A DNA stretch of 62,486 nt, the filler included, from Hausera hauseri (lineage: Eukaryota), in assembly GCA_046269625.1 (NCBI GenBank). It is 12 parts of 12 records of this genome, joined end to end, with 100 filler letters (N's around TTAATTAATTAA, not from the genome) between each part and the next. Parts side by side here need not be neighbours in the genome. Positions count along the whole stretch, not along the records: positions 10,233 to 18,065 come from JBJURY010901869.1; positions 18,166 to 22,994 come from JBJURY010422143.1; 10 more parts are not named here. The stretch is one strand, 5' to 3'. The translations under genes and the position numbers were made by a program. Numbering within the stretch: the first letter of the stretch is position 1; each line of letters opens with the position of its first letter. The notes under the pieces are model-generated. The model was given only the letters and a program-made list of their open reading frames with translations. It did not search any database and was not told the DNA's origin. Below are positions 12,153 to 23,094 of this stretch, piece after piece.

Positions 12153-13337
12153 ATGGCTTCACTTTTGCTAGTCTTCAAGATATCACTTTTTCTCCATCTC
12201 CCCTCCGCCTTCACATCAACCTCAGAATCCGTGATGGAATGCTATCTTCGCCAACAAACGACACCACAGATAAGGCCATTGCAAAATCTAAATCCGTTGT
12301 CTATTATCCAAAATCAACCAACAAAACCTCTTCACCTGATCTTATCTTTTCGCCTAAAACCACTCCTACTACACCCTCACATTGTACCGAATATTTTATA
12401 AACGACGAAAATTCTAGCACGACACGCCTTAACTTCCAGCAACTCTGGTTACAATCCAATGGCATCACTGATTCGCTAGCCAAAGCTCATAACCTACTTT
12501 GTCTTTTACAGACTACAGTAAAAACGTCCATTCNNNNNNNNNNCATGACTTTCTAGACATATTCCAGCAACCTAATCCATACACCTATCTTTACAATGAC
12601 GTTTTAAAACTTACCGAACCATCTATGGACTCCATAATTCATAGGTTCTTTAACCACAATGCTATGGGAAAGCAAAAACCGTCAGATTTCCTTAGAACTT
12701 CGCTCGCTCAACTTCAAACACTTGGTATAACTAAACAACACAATGCCGATCTTTTGCGACGCTACTTCTTGAACACATTGCCCATACAAATTAGGGCCTT
12801 ACTTACCGTCGTCGAAGAATCGACGATGCTTGAAAAATTGGCCAAACTGTCAGACAAAACATACGAGATTTGGCATGTACATACTCAACCAGTCATTTCC
12901 GCAGCCGTTACTACCAATAACATTACATTCAAACAGCAGTTAAATCAACTACGAGCCGAAAATGCGGCCTTACAAACAACAATAAGTAAAATCAACAATA
13001 AACTTAACGAGATTTCATTGACTCGACGGGTGGGTTTTGTTTCTGACCGTACTTGTTCCGTATCTGGAGGCCGGTCACGATTGCCTGGGCGATCACTGAT
13101 TTGCTATTATCACGGTTGACTCGATAAGAAAGCACAAAGTGCCATATTGGGTGCAAATTTTACACCCAGAAGCACCATACTAACAACATTGTTTGCATAT
13201 ACCGTGCAAAATTTAGGCATAATGCGCACAAATGCATCTCAGGTTGTACTTTTAACAGCAACACACAGTATTCAAACGACGGATATGCTAGCTTCATTTC
13301 TAACAGCCGTTCAGGTTCCCCTCTTTCAAAAAACTAA
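12153..13337 (+). pseudogene. gag with two CHCC-type motifs
   Basis: MGKQKPSDFLR..LLRRYFLNTLPIQIRALL..LAKLSDK capsid region, then CYYHG*LDKKAQ(K)CHIGC and CIYRAKFRHNAHKCISGC. Ends TCA AAA AAC TAA. Confidence 0.85.
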
Positions 13338-13361
13338 CTCCGTCGCCAGAGTTTACGGCGA
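13328..13361 (+). promoter_or_regulatory. Candidate -1 ribosomal frameshift site (gag-pol)
   Basis: A AAA AAC heptamer at 13328-13334, directly before the gag stop. The -1 frame is open into protease ORF 13382-13636. TCGCC/GGCGA stem 8 nt downstream. Confidence 0.75.
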
Positions 13362-16300
13362 GCACAGGCAACGGCCATTCTTTGCTTTTTGATAGCAGAA
13401 AAATTTCTTTCGCTGTACTCACGTTGAGAGCTTCTACCATAACACCACCATTTCAATACATAAACTTTATTATCAACACAGGTGCAGTGATATCGCTATT
13501 ACCGCTCACCTTTCCAGTTCAAACCGTACCATCTAAAACAAAATGTCTTTTTACAGCTTCCGGACAGTCGTTACACGCTTCCGGCACCACTAGACTCTCT
13601 TTCACTTTGCCAAACTTTAATTCAAAGTTTCGTTAAACATTTACCGTTGCAAATGTCCAGACAACCATTCTAGGGTCTGATTTTCTATCTCATTGCAATC
13701 TTCTGGTGGACTGTAAACAACATTGTTTACAAATGGCCGCAGGAATCAAATTGGCCAGATAAATGGCGTTTCAGCTTTCTCGCAAATGAGGGTCACACGG
13801 AAGCCAACATTAAAAACGTCTTCGAATAAACAGATTTTTTTCAAATAATCATAACTTATTTCATAAATTTTTAAAATGAGATATTTATACGGAATCGACA
13901 TTGGACGTTGACAACTATGATTTTTTCGCGACCGTGAAAACACTCAATAAAATTACTGCCTCAAATACAATATTCAACACGACCATACTGCAACAAATAC
14001 ATCTCGATCTTAAGCCACCAAGTAAGTTCCATATTTTAACTGTTAATGATAAAACTATCTCGCCTTTACCCGATCTTCCACAATTACATAAAAGTCTGCA
14101 ACAGTACGTTAATACATCATGTACTAGCGTAATTTAAAAAGATAGGTCTTTTATACCAACAAACAGCAATTTTCACAACATAGTAACACAACACCAAAGA
14201 CCTCTTCGCCAAAATGTACGTCCATTATCTCCGCGCCGCTGACAGACCATTGAAACCGAATTCCTAGATCTTGAACGCTCTGGCATAGTATATCGATCCA
14301 AGTCTCCATGGTCTTCGCCTTTACATGTTGTTCAAAAAAGGACGGATCGTTTCGACCATGCGGTGACTATCGGCAACAAAACTCTTTGACCATAATGGAT
14401 GCGTACCCATTACCATTGATAAAATACATATCACATCGTCTCAACGACACCAAAATCTATTCTACTACTGATCTAACCCAGGCTTATCACCAAATCCCGG
14501 TGGCACCCGCAGATATCGAAAAAACCACCGTTACTACACCATTCGGCTTTTACGTATATTTATATATGCCTTTTGGTCTAAGGAATGCGGCACAAACCTT
14601 CCAACGTCACATAGATGCAATACTTTCTGATCTTCCTTACGCTCATCCCTACATTGATGACATTCTAGTTGCTTCTTTATCCAGTAAACAGCATGAGAAA
14701 CATATACGATCTACCTTTCACTGTTTACACCAACACAACCTCCAGATAAACTTTACAAAATGTCATTTCTTTCAACGACGCATAAATTTCCTCGAACATG
14801 TTATCTCTTCTGAAGGGCATTCTCCTCAGCCTGACCGAATTGAAACCCTCAAAAACGTTCAATTACCGCGAACAACCACTGGAATGAGGAGCTTACTCGG
14901 CACATTGCATTTTGTACACAAGTATGTCCCATATTTCTCAGAGCTAACCGCACCCTTTGCTCATTTAAGTGGCGGAAAAAAGCATCAGCCAATACTGTGG
15001 ATGCCAGAACTGCAAGATAAGTTTGATAAATTACGGGAGGGCCTAAAAAACAGTTGAAATATTAGCACCTCCTCAGCCACACACTGAGCTTATTCTTACT
15101 ACAGACGCCTCTACTACTGCCGTAGGCGCTGTACTGCACCAGATTTATGAAGGCGAAAATCAACCGCTGGAGTTCTTTTCACGCAAAGTAACACCTCCTG
15201 AAACCAGATACTCCACTTTCCACGAGAACTACTGGTGATAGTTCTCGCTTTAAAACACTTCGCATTTACTCACTGCCCGCCGTTTCACAATACAAATTGA
15301 TCATAAACCTCTCATAAATGTCAGGACGATGAAACAACCATCTACTCGGCAAAAACGACAGATATCGTACTTGTCGACATTTAATTTCGAAATTAATCAT
15401 ATTAATGGCGTTAACAACTTAGTCGCGGATTTTTTGTCTAAGTCAATTGGCTCAATTAATTTTAAACACATTTTCACTCAAAATCAACTTCAGGAAAACC
15501 AGCCACCTCAAGACATTCTTAAATCCTGTAAATCGTGGAACATCGTTAATGGCGTGGCCTTAGACACGTCTAAACCAAAACAGTCTAAAATAATCTTAGC
15601 ACCTGCTTTGCAAACACAGGCTTTCAACAGTGTGCATTCTCTACGCCATCCTGGTGCTAAGGCCACTTTTCACTTACTTCAATGAAAGGTAGTTTGGCCG
15701 TTAATACGTTCCGCTGTGCAAGCGTGGATTAAGGACTGCGTGTCTTGCCAGAAATTTAAAACCACCAAGCATTTGAAGCCACCATTATATCATTTCCCTT
15801 GCACATCGCGTTTCAAGTCCGTTCATATAGATCTTGTCGGTCCTCTTACTCCAGACAATGGCCATCAATTCATCTTGATCATGATGGACCGTTCCTCTAG
15901 ATGGCCAGACGCCGTCCCACTGAGAAGCTCAAACACGGACACGATAGCTGAAGTTTTTATCCGCACTTGGCTCAGCAGGTTTGGATCTCCTAGATTTATC
16001 ATTTCGGACCAAGATCCCTAATTCAAATCCAACCTGTTCAAATCACTCGTTAACCGATTGGGAATCAGCCATAAACACACAACGCCTTATCATCCCAAAT
16101 AGAATGGTCTTACTGATAGATTCCACAGAACACTGAAAACGTGGTTAAAATTCTCGCTGAATCCAACAGTAGTTGGACAGTTCTTCTTCCGTTGGTCTTG
16201 CTTGGCTGGCGGAACACCCCATCCACTTCTACAAGATGCTCACCTACCGAAGCCTTGTTTGGAGCGCCTGTACGTTCTTTGAGCTAACAGCCCTAGAGGA

Positions 16301-17037
16301 TACGCCTACAGATGAAACGATCCGAGCAGCACAGGACCACTTCGTCGCAGTCAGTAAAGACTCGTTCTGTAGAATACTACATAACGATAAAACATATTTA
16401 CCCGATAATTTATATTCTGCAAAGTTTGTTTGGCTAAGGAATCAAACGCCGTGTGGTTTTCAACCGCAGTATCTAGGGCCATATAAGCTAACTCAACTAC
16501 ATTCTCACAACACTGACATTCTTAAAGACGGCAAGTAACTGGTAGTCCATATAAATAAGGTAAAACCTGCTTTTTTGTAAACAACACCTCTCCAACCGAA
16601 ACTTCGACAGACTTTCTCACTCCTGCATCTCCTTCTGTTCCTGCTTCTGCCTCCATTTTCATTTCATCTTCTATTCCTGTTTCTGTTTCCACATCTATTT
16701 CACCTTCTACTCCTATCCCTATTCCTACTACGGTTTCTCCTTCCGCTCCTTCACCTGTTACTACTTCTCCTTTCAACTTCTTATCTTTGGGAACTCTCTT
16801 CAACAATTTCAATTATTCACTTTCAGTTACTTCTTTTTCTTCTTCTGTTTTACCTCCAAAGGACACTACACTCAACACGACAAAATATAACATCGTTTCT
16901 CCCCAAGAATTTCAGCAAACAGAGGCAAAAGCAAAAACATGTCGCAAAACTGTCACTTTGTGCAAGTACAGTAAGGAGAGAAACATCGAAGGTGTTGAGG
17001 TGTATTATATCCTGCAACCTCAAACTAAAATATTTGA

Positions 17038-18018
17038 TTATACATTCACTTTGACAATTTTGACTTTGATATATTGTCAGTAACCAGTGGATTTATGATT
17101 GGAAGCAGTCTAGTACCCATGGTTAAAGCCAGAACATGTAATAAAGAGGCGTATGCCTATAATCGAACGATGGATGTAATATTAGTAATGTTGCTGATAT
17201 CATTTGTCATTGCATTAATTAGTTACATCGTCATATTGATTAAGAAGTCTTATAGAATACGGAATGAAGCGCGAAGAAGAGAACAGTTAATATTGGACGT
17301 GGAAACAGCAAATAAGGAACCACCTCCAAAGTATGACGACGTCTCGATTAAGTCAGCACGTATTTATAAACAAATAGCAATACCTATGGCCTTGTCAGCA
17401 CTCAACGTAACTTCAGCTGAAGCAAGCCAATATAAATATGCAGTTATTCCTGACCTACCAGTTGTAGATTATAAATCATTTTTATTACTAATGTTCCTAA
17501 TCGTGTTAGCTAGTAGTACAGTAGTCGCATTAATAGTGTTAGCATTTTATAAATTTTGTCGAGCGGTAAAATTCTATCAAAGGCTAACCAAACAATCACC
17601 CCCTCCTGATTATGAAGAAAACCAAGGAAATTATGGTAGGCCAAATCCAATACTTCTGTCTACCCTAGTAATGTGTTGTCTAATTGGAAACAGTACTGCC
17701 CAACCAATCCACTCAGATGAACAGGATTACTCGAAATATGTAAAATTTATATCATACGTATTAGCGATATATTCAGTCGAGCAATTAATGGAGTTAGTTC
17801 GATTTGCGAGGCAACAGTGGGAAGAGCAAAAACAATTCAGTAGAGAGAAATTCATGGGGAAATTTTCTGACATATTAGTTCCTAGAATAGTACTAAATTA
17901 CATGATACCTAGAGTAGAAATAACTGAAAACTCATGGACAAAAAATCCTTATATACAATGTTTGTCAAAAGAGTCGTCTACCATCCCTGCAAAAGAAGTG
18001 GTTAAAAGCCGTACATGA
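17038..18018 (+). CDS. Multi-membrane ORF with repeated signal-TM-PPxY units, origin unknown
   Basis: About 980-nt open frame. TMs VILVMLLISFVIALISYIVILI and FLLLMFLIVLASSTVVALIVLAFY are each followed by basic residues and PPPKY (17320-17334) or PPPDY (17599-17613). Confidence 0.7.
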   Translation, partial: LYIHFDNFDFDILSVTSGFMIGSSLVPMVKARTCNKEAYAYNRTMDVILVMLLISFVIALISYIVILIKKSYRIRNEARRREQLILDVETANKEPPPKYDDVSIKSARIYKQIAIPMALSALNVTSAEASQYKYAVIPDLPVVDYKSFLLLMFLIVLASSTVVALIVLAFYKFCRAVKFYQRLTKQSPPPDYEENQGNYGRPNPILLSTLVMCCLIGNSTAQPIHSDEQDYSKYVKFISYVLAIYSVEQLMELVRFARQQWEEQKQFSREKFMGKFSDILVPRIVLNYMIPRVEITENSWTKNPYIQCLSKESSTIPAKEVVKSRT

Positions 18019-18165
18019 TCAAGAGCGGAGTTATACGACATACCCTGGATGGAAGATGAAGAAATNNNNNNNNNNNNNNNNNNNNNNNNNNNNNNNNNNN
18101 NNNNNNNNNTTAATTAATTAANNNNNNNNNNNNNNNNNNNNNNNNNNNNNNNNNNNNNNNNNNNN

Positions 18166-21100
18166 GCAATCACCGCTCCTACAATGCAATCCGTTGATTT
18201 CTTCATTGATACAGGTGCAGCAATTTCTTTATTACCACAAACCTTTCCTGACAAAATTCACCATTCAGAATTAAGCCATTATACACCGTTCCAGGTTAAC
18301 CGCTGCACATTTCTGGCATGGCTAAACTATCTTTTATCTTACCAAAATTTCCTTCACCTTTCCACTGGATGTTCACAGTTGCTAACGTCCAGACCGCAAT
18401 TCTATGGTCCGATTTTCTATCGCATTATAATTTATTGGTTGACTGTATTTAAAGATGTCTGAGGAGTGGCATCACTGGCAGCATTACTAAGCATATAAAT
18501 AGCATTTCGAGTACCGCGCAATCGATCGAAACACCGAGGTAAATTTTGAGAAAATCAATAAATAATTTGAATTTCCATAACAATAATTCAATTCGTAAAT
18601 TTTTATATCATAGTATTGACATTCAGTCGAGGTTCGATGTCGTTAATTGTGGTATTGTCACTAACGTTAATTCACTCGACGAAATCGCTTCATCCAACAA
18701 CATTTTCAATTAGACCATCTTACACCAAATACCCATAGACTTTACATCAGCAAACAATTTACAAATTGCATCCGCTACTACTCAAGCTGTTTCACCATAA
18801 TCACCGAATCTCTCACACTGCCTACAACTCTACAGCAATTCGTCAACACATCATGTCTACAAATACTCAAAAAAGATCGTACGTTTACTCCTACAAACAT
18901 CACTGTATATCACATAATTACACAGCATCGACTACCAACACGCCAAAAGGTACGACCACTGTCAACTCGTCGTAGGCAGGCCGCAGAAGCCGAATTTCTC
19001 GAACTAGAACGCTCCGACATTGTACGCCATTCCAAATCTCCTTGGTCGTCACCTTTACATGTCGTACAAAAGAGGACGGAACTTTTAGACTATGCGGTGA
19101 TTACGGACAGTTGAACAACGTGACAATTACGGATGCGTACCCCCTGCAACTCATCTAGTATATCTTGCATCACCTTAATTCAACCACCAATTATTCGACC
19201 ATCGGTTTAGCCAAAGCATACCACCAAATACCGGTGGCACCCGAAGACATAGAGAAAACTGCTGCAACTACTCCTTTTTGCCTCCACGAGTACCTGTTTA
19301 TTCCATTCGATTTCCGAAATGCCTCACAGACTTTTCAGCGACATATGGTCTCAGTTCTCTTAGATTTTCCGTTTGCGCACCCTTACATGGATGATATTCT
19401 GATAATTTCGTCTTCAACCCAACAACACGAGGAACACATTCACGTCATTTTCCAACGCCTTAACCACCATAATCTCCAAGTCAGTTTTGAAAAATGCCAT
19501 TCCTTGAAAAAACGCTTCAAATTTTTGGGCTACATAATTTCACCAAACGGACACTCTCCCCAACCAGACCGAGTTGAAGCACTTAAGAATATCAATTTAC
19601 CACGTACGACCATCGAAATGCGCAGCTTCCTTGGTACACTACACTTTGTACATAAATATGTAGCATATTTCTCTGAATTGACAGCACCATTTGCACACTT
19701 AAGCGGTAACAAAAAACACCAGCCAATCCAGTGGACACCTAAATTGGTTGAAAAATTTGATAAGCTACGCGAAGGAATTAAGACCGTCGACATTCTTGCC
19801 TTCCCCAAGCCTGACGCGGAACTAATCCTTACTACAGACACTTCAACCACTGCAGTAGGTGCTGTACTCCACCAAATCCACAAAGGAGAAAATCAACCGC
19901 TAGAATTTTTTTCTCGTAAGCTAACATCCCCTAAAACTATATATTCAAGATTCGATCGAGAATTATTGGCCATCGTTCTCGCTTTAAAGCATTTCTCCCA
20001 CCTACTTGTCGCTCGACATTTTACTACACAGGCCGATCACAAACCATTACTCAACATCCACACGCCAAGAACGACAGATATCATATTTGTCGACACTTAA
20101 CGTCGACATAAAACATATTAATGGGGTTAATAATTTGGTTGCCGATTTTTTATCTAGGTCGGTTAGTTCGATTTATTTTCACAGATTTTTACACAAGCTC
20201 AACTTCAACAGAACCACATACCTCAGGACATGCTTAATTCTTTCAAGTCTTGCACAATCGTTGACGGCGTTGCTCTTGACACTTCCAAACCAGGTCATTC
20301 CATAATAATTCTTGCACCACCTTTGCAAAGGCAATTATTCAACAGCGAACATTCGCTACACCACCTGGTGCTAAAGCCACTTTTCGTTTACGCTACCGAC
20401 AAGTAGTTTGGCCGTTAATGCGTTCCGATGTGCAGGCATGGGTAAGGAGTGTGTGGCTTGCCAAAAATACAAAATAACTAAGCATTTAAAGACACCACTA
20501 TTCCACTTCCACTGCACATCGCGTTTTGAATCCGTGCATATCGACATCGTTGGCCCTCTTCTTCCAGAAAACGGCCATCAATTCATTTTCACCATGATGG
20601 GCCGTTCCTCGTAATGGACAGAAGCCATTCTTCTGCGGAGCACAAACACCGACACTATAGCTGACGTTTTCATTCGAACATGGATTAGCAGGTTTGGATC
20701 ACCTCACTTCATCATCAAGGAGCAGGGTCCACAGTTTCAATCCAACGTGTTCAAATTTCTTGTTAACCGATTGGGGATCCATCACATACATACTACATCT
20801 TACCATTCCGTTGGTCGATCCTTTTTCCGTTTTTTCTGCTCGGTTGGCGGAATATTCCATCCACTTCTACGGGATGCTCACCTACTGAAGCCTTATTTGG
20901 AGCTTCTGTACGATAACTATTCGAACTAACTGCCCCAGATGACACTCCTACAAATGAAACCATACGATCGGCGCAAAATCACTTCGCTACGGTCAGCAAA
21001 GATTCGTTCTGCAGGCTACTTCACAAAGAAAACATATTTACCCAAAGATTTGTATTTGGCAAAATTCGTATGACTAAAGAATCAAACGCCATGCGGTTTC

Positions 21101-21834
21101 CAACCGCGGTATCTGGGGCCCTATAAACTGGTACAACTATATTCGCACAACGCTATTATTTCTAAAGACAGCAAAGAACTTACAGTACATATTATCAACT
21201 TAAAGCCCGCTTTCTTTGTCGACGACACTTCACCAATAAACAAGTCAACCTCTTTTCTCACTCCTACATTTCCTGCTATCCATGTATCTGTTCCTACATC
21301 TGTTCCACCTCCTCCTTCTGCTCTTAATTCTGTTTCATCATTTTCCACATCTTTTGCTTCTATTCCTATTTCTACCACTATCTGTATTTCATTTTCTACT
21401 TCTACTCTTCCGTCTTATACACTTCCAATTCCTACCTCAACTTTCGCCTCTCCTTTTTCATCCGTTATTACGTCTTTTACCGCTCTCTAGTCTCCCGAAA
21501 TTCTCTTGAACACCTTCAACTATTCAACTTTAACAATCTCTCACCCTCTTTCATCTCCTTCTTCTCCTTATTTTGACTCGTCTTTGCACGACACAACACT
21601 CACAATAAAATCTGACAGTTTTATCCCCAACTTCAAACTCTGCAAACAAACACATCACATACATCCAAAACACGCAGAGTTACATTTTTATCATGTATAG
21701 CAGAAAAAAATCAGTATAAGGCACCCAACGTCTTGTTCACACTAAGACCAACTGACACAGACACTTTTTTGTTTGGCGATTTTTTCTTTCCGTCTATTTT
21801 TCTCTTTATAGTTTCAACATTGTTACGGGGGTGA
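18166..21834 (+). mobile_element. Ty3/gypsy family A copy 2 (pol to PPT), decayed
   Basis: PR FFIDTGAAISLLP, RT YMDD, RNase H TTDTS..RELLAI..DHKPL, integrase VHIDIVGP. PPT-like ACGGGGGTGA at 21825-21834 is followed by LTR start TGTGGTGCCC at 21835. Confidence 0.95.
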
Positions 21835-22119
21835 TGTGGTGCCCACCGCGTCCGGTGCCCTTTGGCCCATTTGGTTGGGCACGGCCTGGCGTTCGCTATC
21901 GCCGCGTCGGACCCATAGTCGGGCCCGAACTTCCGCCTCGAAAATTCCACAATTCCTCCTATCTTATTCAGAAATTCCACAGTAAAAAGCTGTTAAAGCA
22001 AAACCTTTGAACCTCGACCACTCCTCAGACAAATCGAAATACTCTACTTAGCAGACGCACAATTTCTCAAACGGATGAACAAATCGAAAAAACAAAGTTA
22101 TTCACGTGAAACTGCTGAC

Positions 22120-22994
22120 TCAATCATATAATTCCTCAGGAAACTCCTGTAGAGCAATCATTCTCTTTAGTAGAGTTGGTCCTTTCGTTATTCCTTCATC
22201 TATTTCTTCATCTGGAAATTTGTCGAGATGGATCATGTCCAAATCATATTCGTTGAAGTCGGTAATATTTATGTCGTCCCCGCAGCTGTAATCGGTCGTG
22301 TCACAAAGACCATCTTGCACCACATCGACTGGTGTTTGAGTTTTCTCTTTGTTTATTTTGACATCTCCAGGTCGGTATAAACGTATTTTCCTCGTAGTAG
22401 GTTTCCTTTTGATTTTGGATGGTATTCCTCCAACCGTTTCAGGTGAATTAATTTAGGTTTCTTCTGAGTAAGTTACGTTTTTGCATGTTGTGTCTTTTCT
22501 ACTTGTTTTTGAGGTGGTCCTTTCAATTTGTTCATTCTTTGTTTCAGATCTATTTCTTTGTTATTTTCTGTTTCATCAATTATCAGTGGAGGTTCATAAT
22601 CTGAAAGGGGTTCATTTCCTTCCTTTCTTCTTATTTTATTTATAAATATCTTGCAGCCTGGAGAAAATTTAATTCCTTTTAATCGTTTTAAAAAATCATC
22701 AGTGGTTTCCACTCCTTCGGTAAGTTCCTCGATGGTTACTGGAGGTACCATAAGAGGATATTCATCGTTAATATATTTTTCAGAAATCAAAGTTAGTTTA
22801 TCCTCAATTTCTTGCTCTTACTTATCCAAATCTGTCTCATTGGATACGCATTGATACAATTCATTGCTTTCCTTAAGAATTTTGGTTAGCTTTTTCTCAT
22901 TATCTTCGGTACTTTTTATACCAAGATTTCTCAATCTTTCGATAAGTAAATTAATTCTCTTTTTGAGATTTACTGATTTATCTATAACCGAATT
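22120..22994 (-). pseudogene. Unidentified decayed, charged/coiled-coil coding fragment
   Basis: Consecutive ORFs (22473-22790, 22120-22323) with strong A-rich coding bias, interrupted by stops. No motif recognised. Confidence 0.4.
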
Positions 22995-23094
22995 NNNNNN
23001 NNNNNNNNNNNNNNNNNNNNNNNNNNNNNNNNNNNNNNTTAATTAATTAANNNNNNNNNNNNNNNNNNNNNNNNNNNNNNNNNNNNNNNNNNNN

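Larger units (their letters stand above)
12153..16995 (+). mobile_element. Ty3/gypsy LTR retrotransposon, CsRn1-like (family A, copy 1), decayed
   Basis: Order is gag, PR (INTGAVISLLP), RT (FRPCGDYR, MPFGLRNAAQTFQR, YIDD), RNase H (TTDAS, DHKPL), integrase (HPG, CVSC, VHIDLVGP, ISDQ, LGPY). Many stops and frameshifts. Confidence 0.95.

Noticed and set aside
16522-16812. Glu/Gly-rich minus-strand ORF, and similar ones at 21121-21378 and 30006-30188
   Set aside because: Antisense shadows of the pyrimidine-rich Ser/Pro integrase tail.
17038-18018. The PPxY membrane ORF as the env gene of gypsy family A
   Set aside because: The three other copies go straight from the integrase tail to PPT and LTR. 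This copy breaks off mid-motif at about 16995 and base composition changes, so the ORF belongs to a different unit.
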